Below are positions 39,538-53,929 of a stretch of DNA of 64,000 bases, piece by piece. The position numbers were made by a program, and so were the translations under genes. The DNA comes from Lingula anatina (taxonomy: Eukaryota; Animalia; Brachiopoda). The notes beneath the pieces were generated by a model. That model was given only the letters and a program-made list of their open reading frames with translations. It was not told the origin of the DNA and ran no database searches. Location of the stretch: positions 23,876,401-23,940,400 of the forward strand of contig CM120641.1 of the NCBI GenBank assembly GCA_051362555.1. Direction: 5' to 3'. Each line of letters starts with the position of its first letter. Position 1 is the first letter of the stretch.

Positions 39538-42133
39538 GCCAAAATTGAAGAAAACTGCCATATCCGGACCTTACAAAAATCACTCAAAATCACCCAAAAA
39601 TGACCCGTCACCAATTTTTCCAAAAAGTGATGAAAATCAATTTACCACACCTATCATTCATAAAAAATGTGGAAACGCACCCGGATCACTTCATTAAAGC
39701 CCCCAATTTCAGCTTTAAAGATTGCCAGAAAGCACACCTGAGAACAGGATTTGGAGAGTGGGGGGGTGGAGAGAGTTTTTGCTCTATTTCTTCCTTACTA
39801 ATGATACAACCACTCTTTCAGTACCTTACCCTCACTACAAATGACCAAACACACCTACCTGACACAATATTGAAGAAAAAAAATTTTCATCCCTACCTGG
39901 CCAAAATTGAAGAAAACTGCCATATCCGGACCTTACGAAAATCACTCAAATTCAACCAAAAATGACCCGTCACCAATTTTTCCAAAAAGTGATGAAAATC
40001 AATTTACCACACCTATCATTCATAAAAAATGTGGAAACGCGCCCAGATCACTTCATTAAAGCCCCCAATTTCAGCTTTAAAGATTGCCAGAAAGCACACC
40101 TGAGAACAGGATTTGGAGAGTGGGGGGGTGGAGAGAGTTTTTGCTCTATTTCTTCCTTACTAATGATACAACCACTCTTTCAGTACTTTACCCTCACTAC
40201 AAATGACCAAACACACCTACCTGACACAATATTGAAGAAAAACATTTTTCATCCCTACCTGGCCAAAATTGAAGAAAACTGCCATATCCGGACCTTACGA
40301 AAATCACTTAAAATCAACCAAAAATGACCCGTCACCAATTTTTCCAAAAAGTGATGAAAATCAATTTACCACACCTATCATTCATAAAAAATGTGGAAAC
40401 TTGCTCAGATAACTTCATTAAAGCCCCCAATTTCAGCTTTAAAGATTGCCAGAAAGCACACCTGAGAACAGGATTTGGAGAGGGGGGGGGGTGGAGAAAG
40501 ATTTTGCTCTATTTCTTCCTTAATAATGATACAACCACTCTTTCAGTACCTTACCCTCACTACAAATGACCAAACACACCTACCTGACACAATATTGAAG
40601 AAAAAAATTTTTCATCCCTACCTGGCCAAAATTGAAGAAAACTGCCAAACCCGGACCTTACGAAAATCACTCAAAATCACCCAAAAATGACCCGTCACCA
40701 ATTTTTCCAAAAAGTGATGAAAATCAATTAACCACACCTATCATTCATAAAAAATGTGGAAACGCGCCCGGATCACTACATTAAAGCCCCCAATTTCAGC
40801 TTTAAAGATTGCAAGAAAGCACACCTGAGAACAGGATTTGGAGAGGGGGGGGTGGAGAGAGTTTTTGCTCTATTTCTTCCTTAATAATGATACAACCACT
40901 CTTTCAGTACTTTACCCTCACTACAAATGACCAAACACACCTACCTGACACAATATTGAAGAAAAAAAATTTTCATCCCTACCTGGCCAAAATTGAAGAA
41001 AACTGCCATATCTGGACCTTACGAAAATCACTCAAAATCACCCAAAAATGACCCGTCACAAATTTTTCCAAAAAGTTATGAAAATCAATTTACCACACCT
41101 ATCATTCATAAAAAATGTGGAAACGCGCCCGGATCACTTCATTAAAGCCCCCAATTTCAGCTTTAAAGATTGCCAGAAAGCACACCTGAGAACAGGATTT
41201 GGAGAGGGGGGGGGGTGGAGAGAGTTTTTGCTCTATTTCTTCCTTAATAAAGATACAATCACTCTTTCAGTACTTTACCCTCACTACAAATGACCAAACA
41301 CACCTACCTGACACAATATTGAAGAAAAAAAATTTTCATCCCTACCTGGCCAAAATTGAAGAAAACTGCCATATCCGGACCTTACGAAAATCACTCAAAA
41401 TCACCCAAAAATGACCCGTCACAAATTTTTCCAAAAAGTGATGAAAATCAATTTACCACACCTATCATTCATAAAAAATGTGGAAACGCGCCCAGATCAC
41501 TTCATTAAAGCCCCCAATTTCAGCTTTAAAGATTGCCAGAAAGCACACCTGAGAACAGGATTTGGAGAGTGGGGGGGTGGAGAGAGTTTTTGCTCTATTT
41601 CTTCCTTACTAATGATACAACCACTCTTTCAGTACTTTACCCTCACTACAAATGACCAAACACACCTACCTGACACAATATTGAAGAAAAACATTTTTCA
41701 TCCCTACCTGGCCAAAATTGAAGAAAACTGCCATATCCGGACCTTACGAAAATCACTCAAAATCACCCAAAAATGACCCGTCACAAATTTTTCCAAAAAG
41801 TTATGAAAATCAATTTACCACACCTATCATTCATAAAAAATGTGGAACACGCCCGGATCACTTCATTAAAGCCCCCAATTTCAGCTTTAAAGATTGCCAG
41901 AAAGCACACCTGAGAACATGATTTGGAGAGGGGGGGGGTGGAGAGAGTTTTTGCTCTATTTCTTCCTTAAAAAAGATACAACCACTCTTTCAGTACTTTA
42001 CCCTCACTACAAATGACCAAACACACCTACCTGACACAATATTGAAGAAAAAAAATTTTCATCCCTACCTGGCCAAAATTGAAGAAAACTGCCATATCCG
42101 GACCTTACAAAAATCACTCAAAATCACCCAAAA

Positions 42134-44305
42134 ATGACCCGTCACCAATTTTTCCAAAAAGTGATGAAAATCAATTTACCACATCTATCATTCATAAAAA
42201 ATGTGGAAACGCACCCGGATCACTTCATTAAAGCCCCCAATTTCAGCTTTAAAGATTGCCAGAAAGCACACCTGAGAACAGGATTTGGAGAGTGGGGGGG
42301 TGGAGAGAGTTTTTGCTCTATTTCTTCCTTACTAATGATACAACCACTCTTTCAGTACCTTACCCTCACTACAAATGACCAAACACACCTACCTGACACA
42401 ATATTGAAGAAAAAAAATTTTCATCCCTACCTGGCCAAAATTGAAGAAAACTGCCATATCCGGACCTTACGAAAATCACTCAAATTCAACCAAAAATGAC
42501 CCGTCACCAATTTTTCCAAAAAGTGATGAAAATCAATTTACCACACCTATCATTCATAAAAAATGTGGAATCGCGCCCAGATCACTTCATTAAAGCCCCC
42601 AATTTCAGCTTTAAAGATTGCCAGAAAGCACACCTGAGAACAGGATTTGGAGAGTGGGGGGGTGGAGAGAGTTTTTGCTCTATTTCTTCCTTACTAATGA
42701 TACAACCACTCTTTCAGTACTTTACCCTCACTACAAATGACCAAACACACCTACCTGACACAATATTGAAGAAAAACATTTTTCATCCCTACCTGGCCAA
42801 AATTGAAGAAAACTGCCATATCCGGACCTTACGAAAATCACTCAAAATCACCCAAAAATGACCCGTCACAAATTTTTCCAAAAAGTTATGAAAATCAATT
42901 TACCACACCTATCATTCATAAAAAATGTGGAAACGCGCCCGGATCACTTCATTAAAGCCCCCAATTTCAGCTTTAAAGATTGCCAGAAAGCACACCTGAG
43001 AACAGGATTTGGAGAGGGGGGGGTGGAGAGAGTTTTTGCTCTATTTCTTCCTTAATAAAGATACAACCACTCTTTCAGTACTTTACCCTCACTACAAATG
43101 ACCAAACACACCTACCTGACACAATATTGAAGAAAAAAAATTTTCATCCCTACCTGGCCAAAATTGAAGAAAACTGCCATATCCGGACCTTACAAAAATC
43201 ACTCAAAATCACCCAAAAATGACCCGTCACCAATTTTTCCAAAAAGTGATGAAAATCAATTTACCACATCTATCATTCATAAAAAATGTGGAAACGCACC
43301 CGGATCACTTCATTAAAGCCCCCAATTTCAGCTTTAAAGATTGCCAGAAAGCACACCTGAGAACAGGATTTGGAGAGTGGGGGGGTGGAGAGAGTTTTTG
43401 CTCTATTTCTTCCTTACTAATGATACAACCACTCTTTCAGTACCTTACCCTCACTACAAATGACCAAACACACCTACCTGACACAATATTGAAGAAAAAA
43501 AATTTTCATCCCTACCTGGCCAAAATTGAAGAAAACTGCCATATCCGGACCTTACGAAAATCACTCAAATTCAACCAAAAATGACCCGTCACCAATTTTT
43601 CCAAAAAGTGATGAAAATCAATTTACCACACCTATCATTCATAAAAAATGTGGAAACGCTCCCAGATCACTTCATTAAAGCCCCCAATTTCAGCTTTAAA
43701 GATTGCCAGAAAGCACACCTGAGAACAGGATTTGGAGAGTGGGGGGGTGGAGAGAGTTTTTGCTCTATTTCTTCCTTACTAATGATACAACCACTCTTTC
43801 AGTACTTTACCCTCACTACAAATGACCAAACACACCTACCTGACACAATATTGAAGAAAAACATTTTTCATCCCTACCTGGCCGAAATTGAAGAAAACTG
43901 CCATATCCGGACCTTACGAAAATCACTCAAAATCACCCAAAAATGACCCGTCACAAATTTTTCCAAAAAGTTATGAAAATCAATTTACCACACCTATCAT
44001 TCATAAAAAATGTGGAAACGCGCCCGGATCACTTCATTAAAGCCCCCAATTTCAGCTTTAAAGATTGCCAGAAAGCACACCTGAGAACAGGATTTGGAGA
44101 GGGGGGGGGGTGGAGAGAGTTTTTGCTCTATTTCTTCCTTAATAAAGATACAACCACTCTTTCAGTACTTTACCCTCACTACAAATGACCAAACACACCT
44201 ACCTGACACAATATTGAAGAAAAAAAATTTTCATCCCTACCTGGCCAAAATTGAAGAAAACTGCCATATCCGGACCTTACGAAAATCACTCAAAATCACC
44301 CAAAA
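42134..44305 (+). repeat. Tandem duplication of a 3-monomer block (D-B-C, ~1085-bp period)
   Basis: The private CCACATCTATC SNP appears at ~42184 and ~43269, with the same monomer order. Confidence 0.8.
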
Positions 44306-47300
44306 ATGATCCGTCACCAATTTTTCCAAAAAGTGATGAAAATCAATTTACCACACCTATCATTTATAAAAAATGTGGAAACGTGCCCAGATAACTTCAT
44401 TAAAGCCCCCAATTTCAGCTTTAAAGATTGCCAGAAAGCACACCTGAGAACAGGATTTGGAGAGGGGGGGGGGTGGAGAAAGATTTTGCTCTATTTCTTC
44501 CTTAATAATGATACAACCACTCTTTCAGTACCTTACCCTCACTACAAATGACCAAACACACCTACCTGACACAATATTGAAGAAAAAAAATTTTCATCCC
44601 TACCTGGCCAAAATTGAAGAAAACTGCCAAACCCGGACCTTACGAAAATCACTCAAAATCACCCAAAAATGACCCGTCACAAATTTTTCCAAAAAGTTAT
44701 GAAAATCAATTAACCACACCTATCATTCATAAAAAATGTGGAAACGCGCCCGGATCACTACATTAAAGCCCCCAATTTCAGCTTTAAAGATTGCAAGAAA
44801 GCACACCTGAGAACAGGATTTGGAGAGGGGGGGGTGGAGAGAGTTTTTGCTCTATTTCTTCCTTAATAATGATACAACCACTCTTTCAGTACTTTACCCT
44901 CACTACAAATGACCAAACACACCTACCTGACACAATATTGAAGAAAAAAAATTTTCATCCCTACCTGGCCAAAATTGAAGAAAACTGCCATATCCGGACC
45001 TTACGAAAATCACTCAAAATCACCCAAAAATGACCCGTCACAAATTTTTCCAAAAAGTGATGAAAATCAATTTACCACACCTATCATTCATAAAAAATGT
45101 GGAAACGCGCCCAGATCACTTCATTAAAGCCCCCAATTTCAGCTTTAAAGATTGCCAGAAAGCACACCTGAGAACAGGATTTGGAGAGTGGGGGGGGTGG
45201 AGAGAGTTTTTGCTCTATTTCTTCCTTACTAATGATACAACCACTCTTTCAGTACTTTACCCTCACTACAAATGACCAAACACACCTACCTGACACAATA
45301 TTGAAGAAAAACATTTTTCATCCCTACCTGGCCAAAATTGAAGAAAACTGCCATATCCGGACCTTACGAAAATCACTCAAAATCAACCAAAAATGACCCG
45401 TCACCAATTTTTCCAAAAAGTGATGAAAATCAATTTACCACACCTATCATTCATAAAAAATGTGGAAACTTGCCCAGATAACTTCATTAAAGCCCCCAAT
45501 TTCAGCTTTAAAGATTGCCAGAAAGCACACCTGAGAACAGGATTTGGAGAGGGGGGGGGTGGAGAAAGATTTTGCTCTATTTCTTCCTTAATAATGATAC
45601 AACCACTCTTTCAGTACTTTACCCTCACTACAAATGACCAAACACACCTACCTGACACAATATTGAAGAAAAAAATTTTTCATCCCTACCTGGCCAAAAT
45701 TGAAGAAAACTGCCATATCCGGACCTTACGAAAATCACTCAAATTCACCCAAAAATGACCCGTCACCAATTTTTCCAAAAAGTGATGAAAATCAATTTAC
45801 CACACCTATCATTCATAAAAAATGTGGAAACGCGCCCGGATCACTACATTAAAGCCCACAATTTCAGCTTTAAAGATTGCAAGAAAGCACACCTGAGAAC
45901 AGGATTTGGAGAGGGGGGGGTGGAGAGAGTTTTTGCTCTATTTCTTCCATAATAATGATACAACCACTCTTTCAGTACTTTACCCTCACTACAAATGACC
46001 AAACACACCTACCTGACACAATATTGAAGAAAAATATTTTTCATCCCTACCTGGCCAAAATTGAAGAAAACTGCCATATCCGGACCTTACGAAAATCACT
46101 CAAAATCACCCAAAAATGACCCGTGACAAATTTTTCCAAAAAGTTATGAAAATCAATTTACCACACCTATCATTCATAAAAAATGTGGAAACGCGCCCGG
46201 ATCCCTTCATTAAAGCCCCCACTTTCAGCTTTAAAGATTGCCAGAAAGCACACCTGAGAACAGGATTTGGAGAGGGGGGGGTGGAGAGAGTTTTTGCTCT
46301 ATTTCTTCCTTAATAATGATACAACCACTCTTTCAGTACTTTACCCTCACTACAAATGACCAAACACACCTACCTGACACAATGTTGAAGAAAAAAATTT
46401 TTCATCCCTACCTGGCCAAAATTGAAGAAAACTGCCATATCCGGACCTTACGAAAATCACTCAAAATCACCCAAAAATGACCCGTGACAAATTTTTCCAA
46501 AAAGTTATGAAAATCAATTTACCACACCTATCATTCATAAAAAATGTGGAAACGCGCCCGGATCACTTCATTAAAGCCCCCAATTTCAGCTTTAAAGATT
46601 GCAAGAAAGCACACCTGAGAACAGGATTTGGAGAGGGGGGGGGTGGAGAGAGTTTTTGCTCTATTTCTTCCTTAATAATGATACAACCACTCTTTCAGTA
46701 CTTTACCCTCACTACAAATGACCAAACACACCTACCTGACACAATATTGAAGAAAAAAAATTTTCATCCCTACCTGGCCAAAATTAAAGAAAACTGCCAT
46801 ATCCGGACCTTACGAAAATCACTCAAAATCACCCAAAAATGACCCGTCACAAATTTTTCCAAAAAGTGATGAAAATCAATTTACCACACCTATCATTCAT
46901 AAAAAATGTGGAAACGCGCCCGGATCACTACATTAAAGCCTCCAATTTCAGCTTTAAAGATTGCAAGAAAGCACACCTGAGAACAGGATTTGGAGAGGGG
47001 GGGGTGGAGAAAGATTTTGCTCTATTTCTTCCTTAATAATGATACAACCACTCTTTCAGTACCTTACCCTCACTACAAATGACCAAACACACCTACCTGA
47101 CACAATATTGAAGAAAAAAATTTTTCATCCCTACCTGGCCAAAATTGAAGAAAACTGCCAAACCCGGACCTTACGAAAATCACTCAAAATCACCCAAAAA
47201 TGACCCGTCACAAATTTTTCCAAAATGAAAATCAATTTACCATACCTATCATTCATAAAAAATGTGGAAATGCGCCCGGATCACTACATTAAAGCCCCCA

Positions 47301-48528
47301 ATTTCAGCTTTAAAGATTGCCAGAAAGCACACCTGAGAACAGGATTTGGAGGGGGGGGGGTGGAGAGAGTTTTTGCTCTATTTCTTCCTTAATAATGATA
47401 CAACCACTCTTTCAGTACTTTACCCTCACTACAAATGACCAAACACACCTACCTGACACAATATTGAAGAAAAAAAATTTTCATCCCTACCTGGCCAAAA
47501 TTGAAGAAAACTGCCATATCCGGACCTTACGAAAATCACTCAAAATCACCCAAAAATGACCCGTCACCAATTTTTCCAAAAAGTGATGAAAATCAATTTA
47601 CCACACCTATCATTCATAAAAAATGTGGAAACGTGCCCAGATAACTTCATTAAAGCCCCCAATTTCAGCTTTAAAGATTGCCAGAAAGCACACCTGAGAA
47701 CAGGATTTGGAGAGGGGGGGGTGGAGAGAGTTTTTGCTCTATTTCTTCCTTAATAATGATACAACCACTCTTTCAGTACTTTACCCTCACTACAAATGAC
47801 CAAACACACCTACCTGATACAATGTTGAAGAAAAAAAATTTTCATCCCTACCTGGCCAAAATTGAAGAAAACTGCCATATCCGGACCTTACGAAAATCAC
47901 TCAAATTCACCCAAAAATGACCCGTCACCAATTTTTCCAAAAAGTGATGAAAATCAATTTACCACACCTATCATTCATAAAAAATGTGGAAACGCGCCCG
48001 GATCACTACATTAAAGCCCCCAATTTCAGCTTTAAAGATTGCAAGAAAGCACACCTGAGAACAGGATTTGGAGAGGGGGGGTGGAGAGAGTTTTTGCTCT
48101 ATTTCTTCCTTAATAATGATACAACCACTCTTTCAGTACTTTACCCTCACTACAAATGACCAAACACACCTACCTGACACAATATTGAAGAAAAAAATTT
48201 TCATCCCTACCTGGCCAAAATTGAAGAAAACTGCCATATCCGGACCTTACGAAAATCACTCAAAATCAACCAAAAATGACCCGTCACCAATTTTTCCAAA
48301 AAGTGATGAAAATCAATTTACCACACCTATCATTCATAAAAAATGTGGAAACGTGTCCAGATAACTTCATTAAAGCCCCCAATTTCAGCTTTAAAGATTG
48401 CCAGAAAGCACACCTGAGAACAGGATTTGGAGAGGGGGGGGTGGAGAAAGATTTTGCTCTATTTCTTCCTTAATAATGATACAACCACTCTTTCAGTACC
48501 TTACCCTCACTACAAATGACCAAACACA

Positions 48529-48612
48529 CCTACCTGACACAATATTGAAGAAAAAAATTTTTCATCCCTACCTGACACAATATTGAAGAAAAAAATTTTT
48601 CATCCCTACCTG
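48529..48612 (+). repeat. 38-bp tandem duplication inside a monomer (copy 3 of 4)
   Basis: CCTACCTG occurs three times at 38-bp spacing. Monomer 48276-48674 is 399 bp. Confidence 0.95.
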
Positions 48613-51600
48613 GCCAAAATTGAAGAAAACTGCCAAACCCGGACCTTACGAAAATCACTCAAAATCACCCAAAAATGACCCGTCACAAATTTTTCCAAAA
48701 AGTGATGAAAATCAATTTACCACACCTATCATTCATAAAAAATGTGGAAACGCACCCGGATCACTTCATTAAAGCCCCCAATTTCAGCTTTAAAGATTGC
48801 CAGAAAGCACACCTGAGAACAGGATTTGGAGAGTGGGGGGGTGGAGAAAGTTTTTGCTCTATTTCTTCCTTACTAATGATACAACCACTCTTTCAGTACT
48901 TTACCCTCACTACAAATGACCAAACACACCTACCTGACACAATATTGAAGAAAAAAATTTTTCATCCCTACCTGGCCAAAATTGAAGAAAACTGCCATAT
49001 CCGGACCTTACGAAAATCACTCAAATTCACCCAAAAATGACCCGTCACCAATTTTTCCAAAAAGTGATGAAAATCAATTTACCACACCTATCATTCATAA
49101 AAAATGTGGAAACGCGCCCGGATCACTACATTAAAGCCCCCAATTTCAGCTTTAAAGATTGCAAGAAAGCACACCTGAGAACAGGATTTGGAGAGGGGGG
49201 GGTGGAGAGAGTTTTTGCTCTATTTCTTCCTTAATAATGATACAACCACTCTTTCAGTACTTTACCCTCACTACAAATGACCAAACACACCTACCTGACA
49301 CAATATTGAAGAAAAACATTTTTCATCCCTACCTGGCCAAAATTGAAGAAAACTGCCATATCCGGACCTTACGAAAATCACTCAAAATCACCCAAAAATG
49401 ATCCGTCACAAATTTTTCCAAAAAGTTATGAAAATCAATTTACCACACCTATCATTCATAAAAAATGTGGAAACGCGCCCGGATCACTTCATTAAAGCCC
49501 CCAATTTCAGCTTTAAAGATTGCCAGAAAGCACACCTGAGAACAGGATTTGGAGAGGGGGGGGGTGGAGAGAGTTTTTGCTCTATTTCTTCCTTAATAAA
49601 GATACAACCACTCTTTCAGTACTTTACCCTCACTACAAATGACCAAACACACCTACCTGACACAATATTGAAGAAAAAAATTTTTCATCCCTACCTGGCC
49701 AAAATTGAAGAAAACTGCCAAACCCGGACCTTACGAAAATCACTCAAAATCACCCAAAAATGACCCGTCACAAATTTTTCCAAAAAGTTATGAAAATCAA
49801 TTAACCACACCTATCATTCATAAAAAATGTGGAAACGCGTCCGGATCACTACATTAAAGCCCCCAATTTCAGCTTTAAAGATTGCAAGAAAGCACACCTG
49901 AGAACAGGATTTGGAGAGGGGGGGGTGGAGAGAGTTTTTGCTCTATTTCTTCCTTAATAATGATACAACCACTCTTTCAGTACTTTACCCTGACTACAAA
50001 TGACCAAACACACCTACCTGACACAATATTGAAGAAAAAAAATTTTCATCCCTACCTGGCCAAAATTGAAGAAAACTGCCATATCCGGACCTTACGAAAA
50101 TCACTCAAAATCACCCAAAAATGACCCGTCACAAATTTTTCCAAAAAGTTATGAAAATCAATTTACCACACCTATCATTCATAAAAAATGTGGAAACGCG
50201 CCTGGATCACTTCATTAAAGCCCCCAATTTCAGCTTTAAAGATTGGCAGAAAGCACACCTGAGAACAGGATTTGGAGAGGGGGGGGGGTGGAGAGAGTTT
50301 TTGCTCTATTTCTTCCTTAATAAAGATACAACCACTCTTTCAGTACTTTACCCTCACTACAAATGACCAAACACACCTACCTGACACAATATTGAAGAAA
50401 AAAAATTTTCATCCCTACCTGGCCAAAATTGAAGAAAACTGCCATATCCGGACCTTACAAAAATCACTCAAAATCACCCAAAAATGACCCGTCACCAATT
50501 TTTCCAAAAAGTGATGAAAATCAATTTACCACACCTATCATTCATAAAAAATGTGGAAACGCACCCGGATCACTTCATTAAAGCCCCCAATTTCAGCTTT
50601 AAAGATTGCCAGAAAGCACACCTGAGAACAGGATTTGGAGAGTGGGGGGGTGGAGAGAGTTTTTGCTCTATTTCTTCCTTACTAATGATACAACCACTCT
50701 TTCAGTACTTTACCCTCACTACAAATGACCAAACACACCTACCTGACACAATATTGAAGAAAAAAAATTTTCATCCCTACCTGGCCAAAATTGAAGAAAA
50801 CTGCCATATCCGGACCTTACGAAAATCACTCAAATTCAACCAAAAATGACCCGTCACCAATTTTTCCAAAAAGTGATGAAAATCAATTTACCACACCTAT
50901 CATTCATAAAAAATGTGGAAACGCGCCCGGATCACTACATTAGAGCCCCCAATTTCAGCTTACAAGATTGCAAAAAAGCACACCTGAGAACAGGATTTGG
51001 AGAGGGGGGGTGGAGAGAGTTTTTGCTCTATTTCTTCCTTAATAATGATACAACCACTCTTTCAGTACTTTACCCTCACTACAAATGACCAAACACACCT
51101 ACCTGACACAATATTGAAGAAAAAAAATTTTCATCCCTACCTGGCCAAAATTGAAGAAAACTGCCATATCCGGACCTTACGAAAATCACTCAAAATCAAC
51201 CAAAAATGACCCGTCACCAATTTTTCCAAAAAGTGATGAAAATCAATTTACCACACCTATCATTCATAAAAAATGTGGAAATGTGCCCAGATAACTTCAT
51301 TAAAGCCCCCAATTTCAGCTTTAAAGATTGCCAGAAAGCACACCTGAGAACAGGATTTGGAGAGGGGGGGGGGGGTGGAGAAAGATTTTGCTCTATTTCT
51401 TCCTTAATAATGATACAACCACTCTTTCAGTACCTTACCCTCACTACAAATGACCAAACACACCTACCTGACACAATATTGAAGAAAAAAATTTTTCATC
51501 CCTACCTGGCCAAAATTGAAGAAAACTGCCAAACCCGGACCTTACGAAAATCACTCAAAATCACCCAAAAATGACCCGTCACAAATTTTTCCAAAAAGTT

Positions 51601-53929
51601 ATGAAAATCAATTAACCACACCTATCATTCATAAAAAATGTGGAAACGCGCCCGGATCACTACATTAAAGCCCCCAATTTCAGCTTTAAAGATTGCAAGA
51701 AAGCACACCTGAGAACAGGATTTGGAGAGGGGGGGGTGGAGAGAGTTTTTGCTCTATTTCTTCCTTAATAATGATACAACCACTCTTTCAGTACTTTACC
51801 CTCACTACAAATGACCAAACACACCTACCTGACACAATATTGAAGAAAAAATTTTCATCCCTACCTGGCCAAAATTGAAGAAAACTGCCATATCCGGACC
51901 TTACGAAAATCACTCAAAATCACCCAAAAATGACCCGTCACAAATTTTTCCAAAAAGTTATGAAAATCAATTTACCACACCTATCATTCATCAAAAATGT
52001 GGAAACGCGCCCGGATCACTTCATTAAAGCCCCCAATTTCAGCTTTAAAGATTGCCAGAAAGCACACCTGAGAACAGGATTTGGAGAGGGGGGGGTGGAG
52101 AGAGTTTTTGCTCTATTTCTTCCTTAATAAAGATACAACCACTCTTTCAGTACTTTACCCTCACTACAAATGACCAAACACACCTACCTGACACAATATT
52201 GAAGAAAAAAAATTTTCATCCCTACCTGGCCAAAATTGAAGAAAACTGCCATATCCGGACCTTACAAAAATCACTCAAAATCACCCAAAAATGACCCGTC
52301 ACCAATTTTTCCAAAAAGTGATGAAAATCAATTTACCACACCTATCATTCATAAAAAATGTGGAAACGCACCCGGATCACTTCATTAAAGCCCCCAATTT
52401 CAGCTTTAAAGATTGCCAGAAAGCACACCTGAGAACAGGATTTGGAGAGTGGGGGGGTGGAGAGAGTTTTTGCTCTATTTCTTCCTTAATAATGATACAA
52501 CCACTCTTTCAGTACTTTACCCTCACTACAAATGACCAAACACACCTACCTGACACAATATTGAAGAAAAAAAATTTTCATCCCTACCTGGCCAAAATTG
52601 AAGAAAACTGCCATATCCGGACCTTACGAAAATCACTCAAATTCACCCAAAAATGACCCGTCACCAATTTTTCCAAAAAGTGATGAAAATCAATTTACCA
52701 CACCTATCATTCATAAAAAATGTGGAAACGCGCCCGGATCACTACATTAAAGCCCCCAATTTCAGCTTTAAAGATTGCAAGAAAGCACACCTGAGAACAG
52801 GATTTGGAGAGGGGGGGTGGAGAGAGTTTTTGCTCTATTTCTTCCTTAATAATGATACAACCACTCTTTCAGTACTTTACCCTCACTACAAATGACCAAA
52901 CACACCTACCTGACACAATATTGAAGAAAAAAAATTTTCATCCCTACCTGGCCAAAATTGAAGAAAACTGCCATATCCGGACCTTACGAAAATCACTCAA
53001 AATCACCCAAAATTGACCCGTCACCAATTTTTCCAAAAAGTGATGAAAATCAATTTACCACACCTATCATTCATAAAAAATGTGGAAACGTGCCCAGATA
53101 ACTTCATTAAAGCCCCCAATTTCAGCTTTAAAGATTGCCAGAAAGCACACCTGAGAACAGGATTTGGAGAGGGGGGGGGGTGGAGAAAGATTTTTCTCTA
53201 TTTCTTCCTTAATAATGATACAACCACTCTTTCAGTACCTTACCCTCACTACAAATGACCAAACACACCTACCTGACACAATATTGAAGAAAAACATTTT
53301 TCATCCCTACCTGGCCAAAATTGAAGAAAACTGCCAAACCCGGACCTTACGAAAATCACTCAAAATCACCCAAAAATGACCCGTCACAAATTTTTCCAAA
53401 AAGTTATGAAAATCAATTAACCACACCTATCATTCATAAAAAATGTGGAAACGCGCCCGGATCACTACATTAAAGCCCCCAATTTCAGCTTTAAAGATTG
53501 CCAGAAAGCACACCTGAGAACAGGATTTGGAGAGGGGGGGGTGGAGAGAGTTTTTGCTCTATTTCTTCCTTAATAATGATACAACCACTCTTTCAGTACT
53601 TTACCCTCACTACAAATGACCAAACACACCTACCTGACACAATGTTGAAGAAAAAAATTTTTCATCCCTACCTGGCCAAAATTGAAGAAAACTGCCATAT
53701 CCGGACCTTACGAAAATCACTCAAAATCACCCAAAAATGACCCGTGACAAATTTTTCCAAAAAGTTATGAAAATCAATTTACCACACCTATCATTCATAA
53801 AAAATGTGGAAACGCGCCCGGATCACTTCATTAAAGCCCCCAATTTCAGCTTTAAAGATTGCAAGAAAGCACACCTGAGAACAGGATTTGGAGAGGGGGG
53901 GGGGGGTGGAGAGAGTTTTTGCTCTATTT

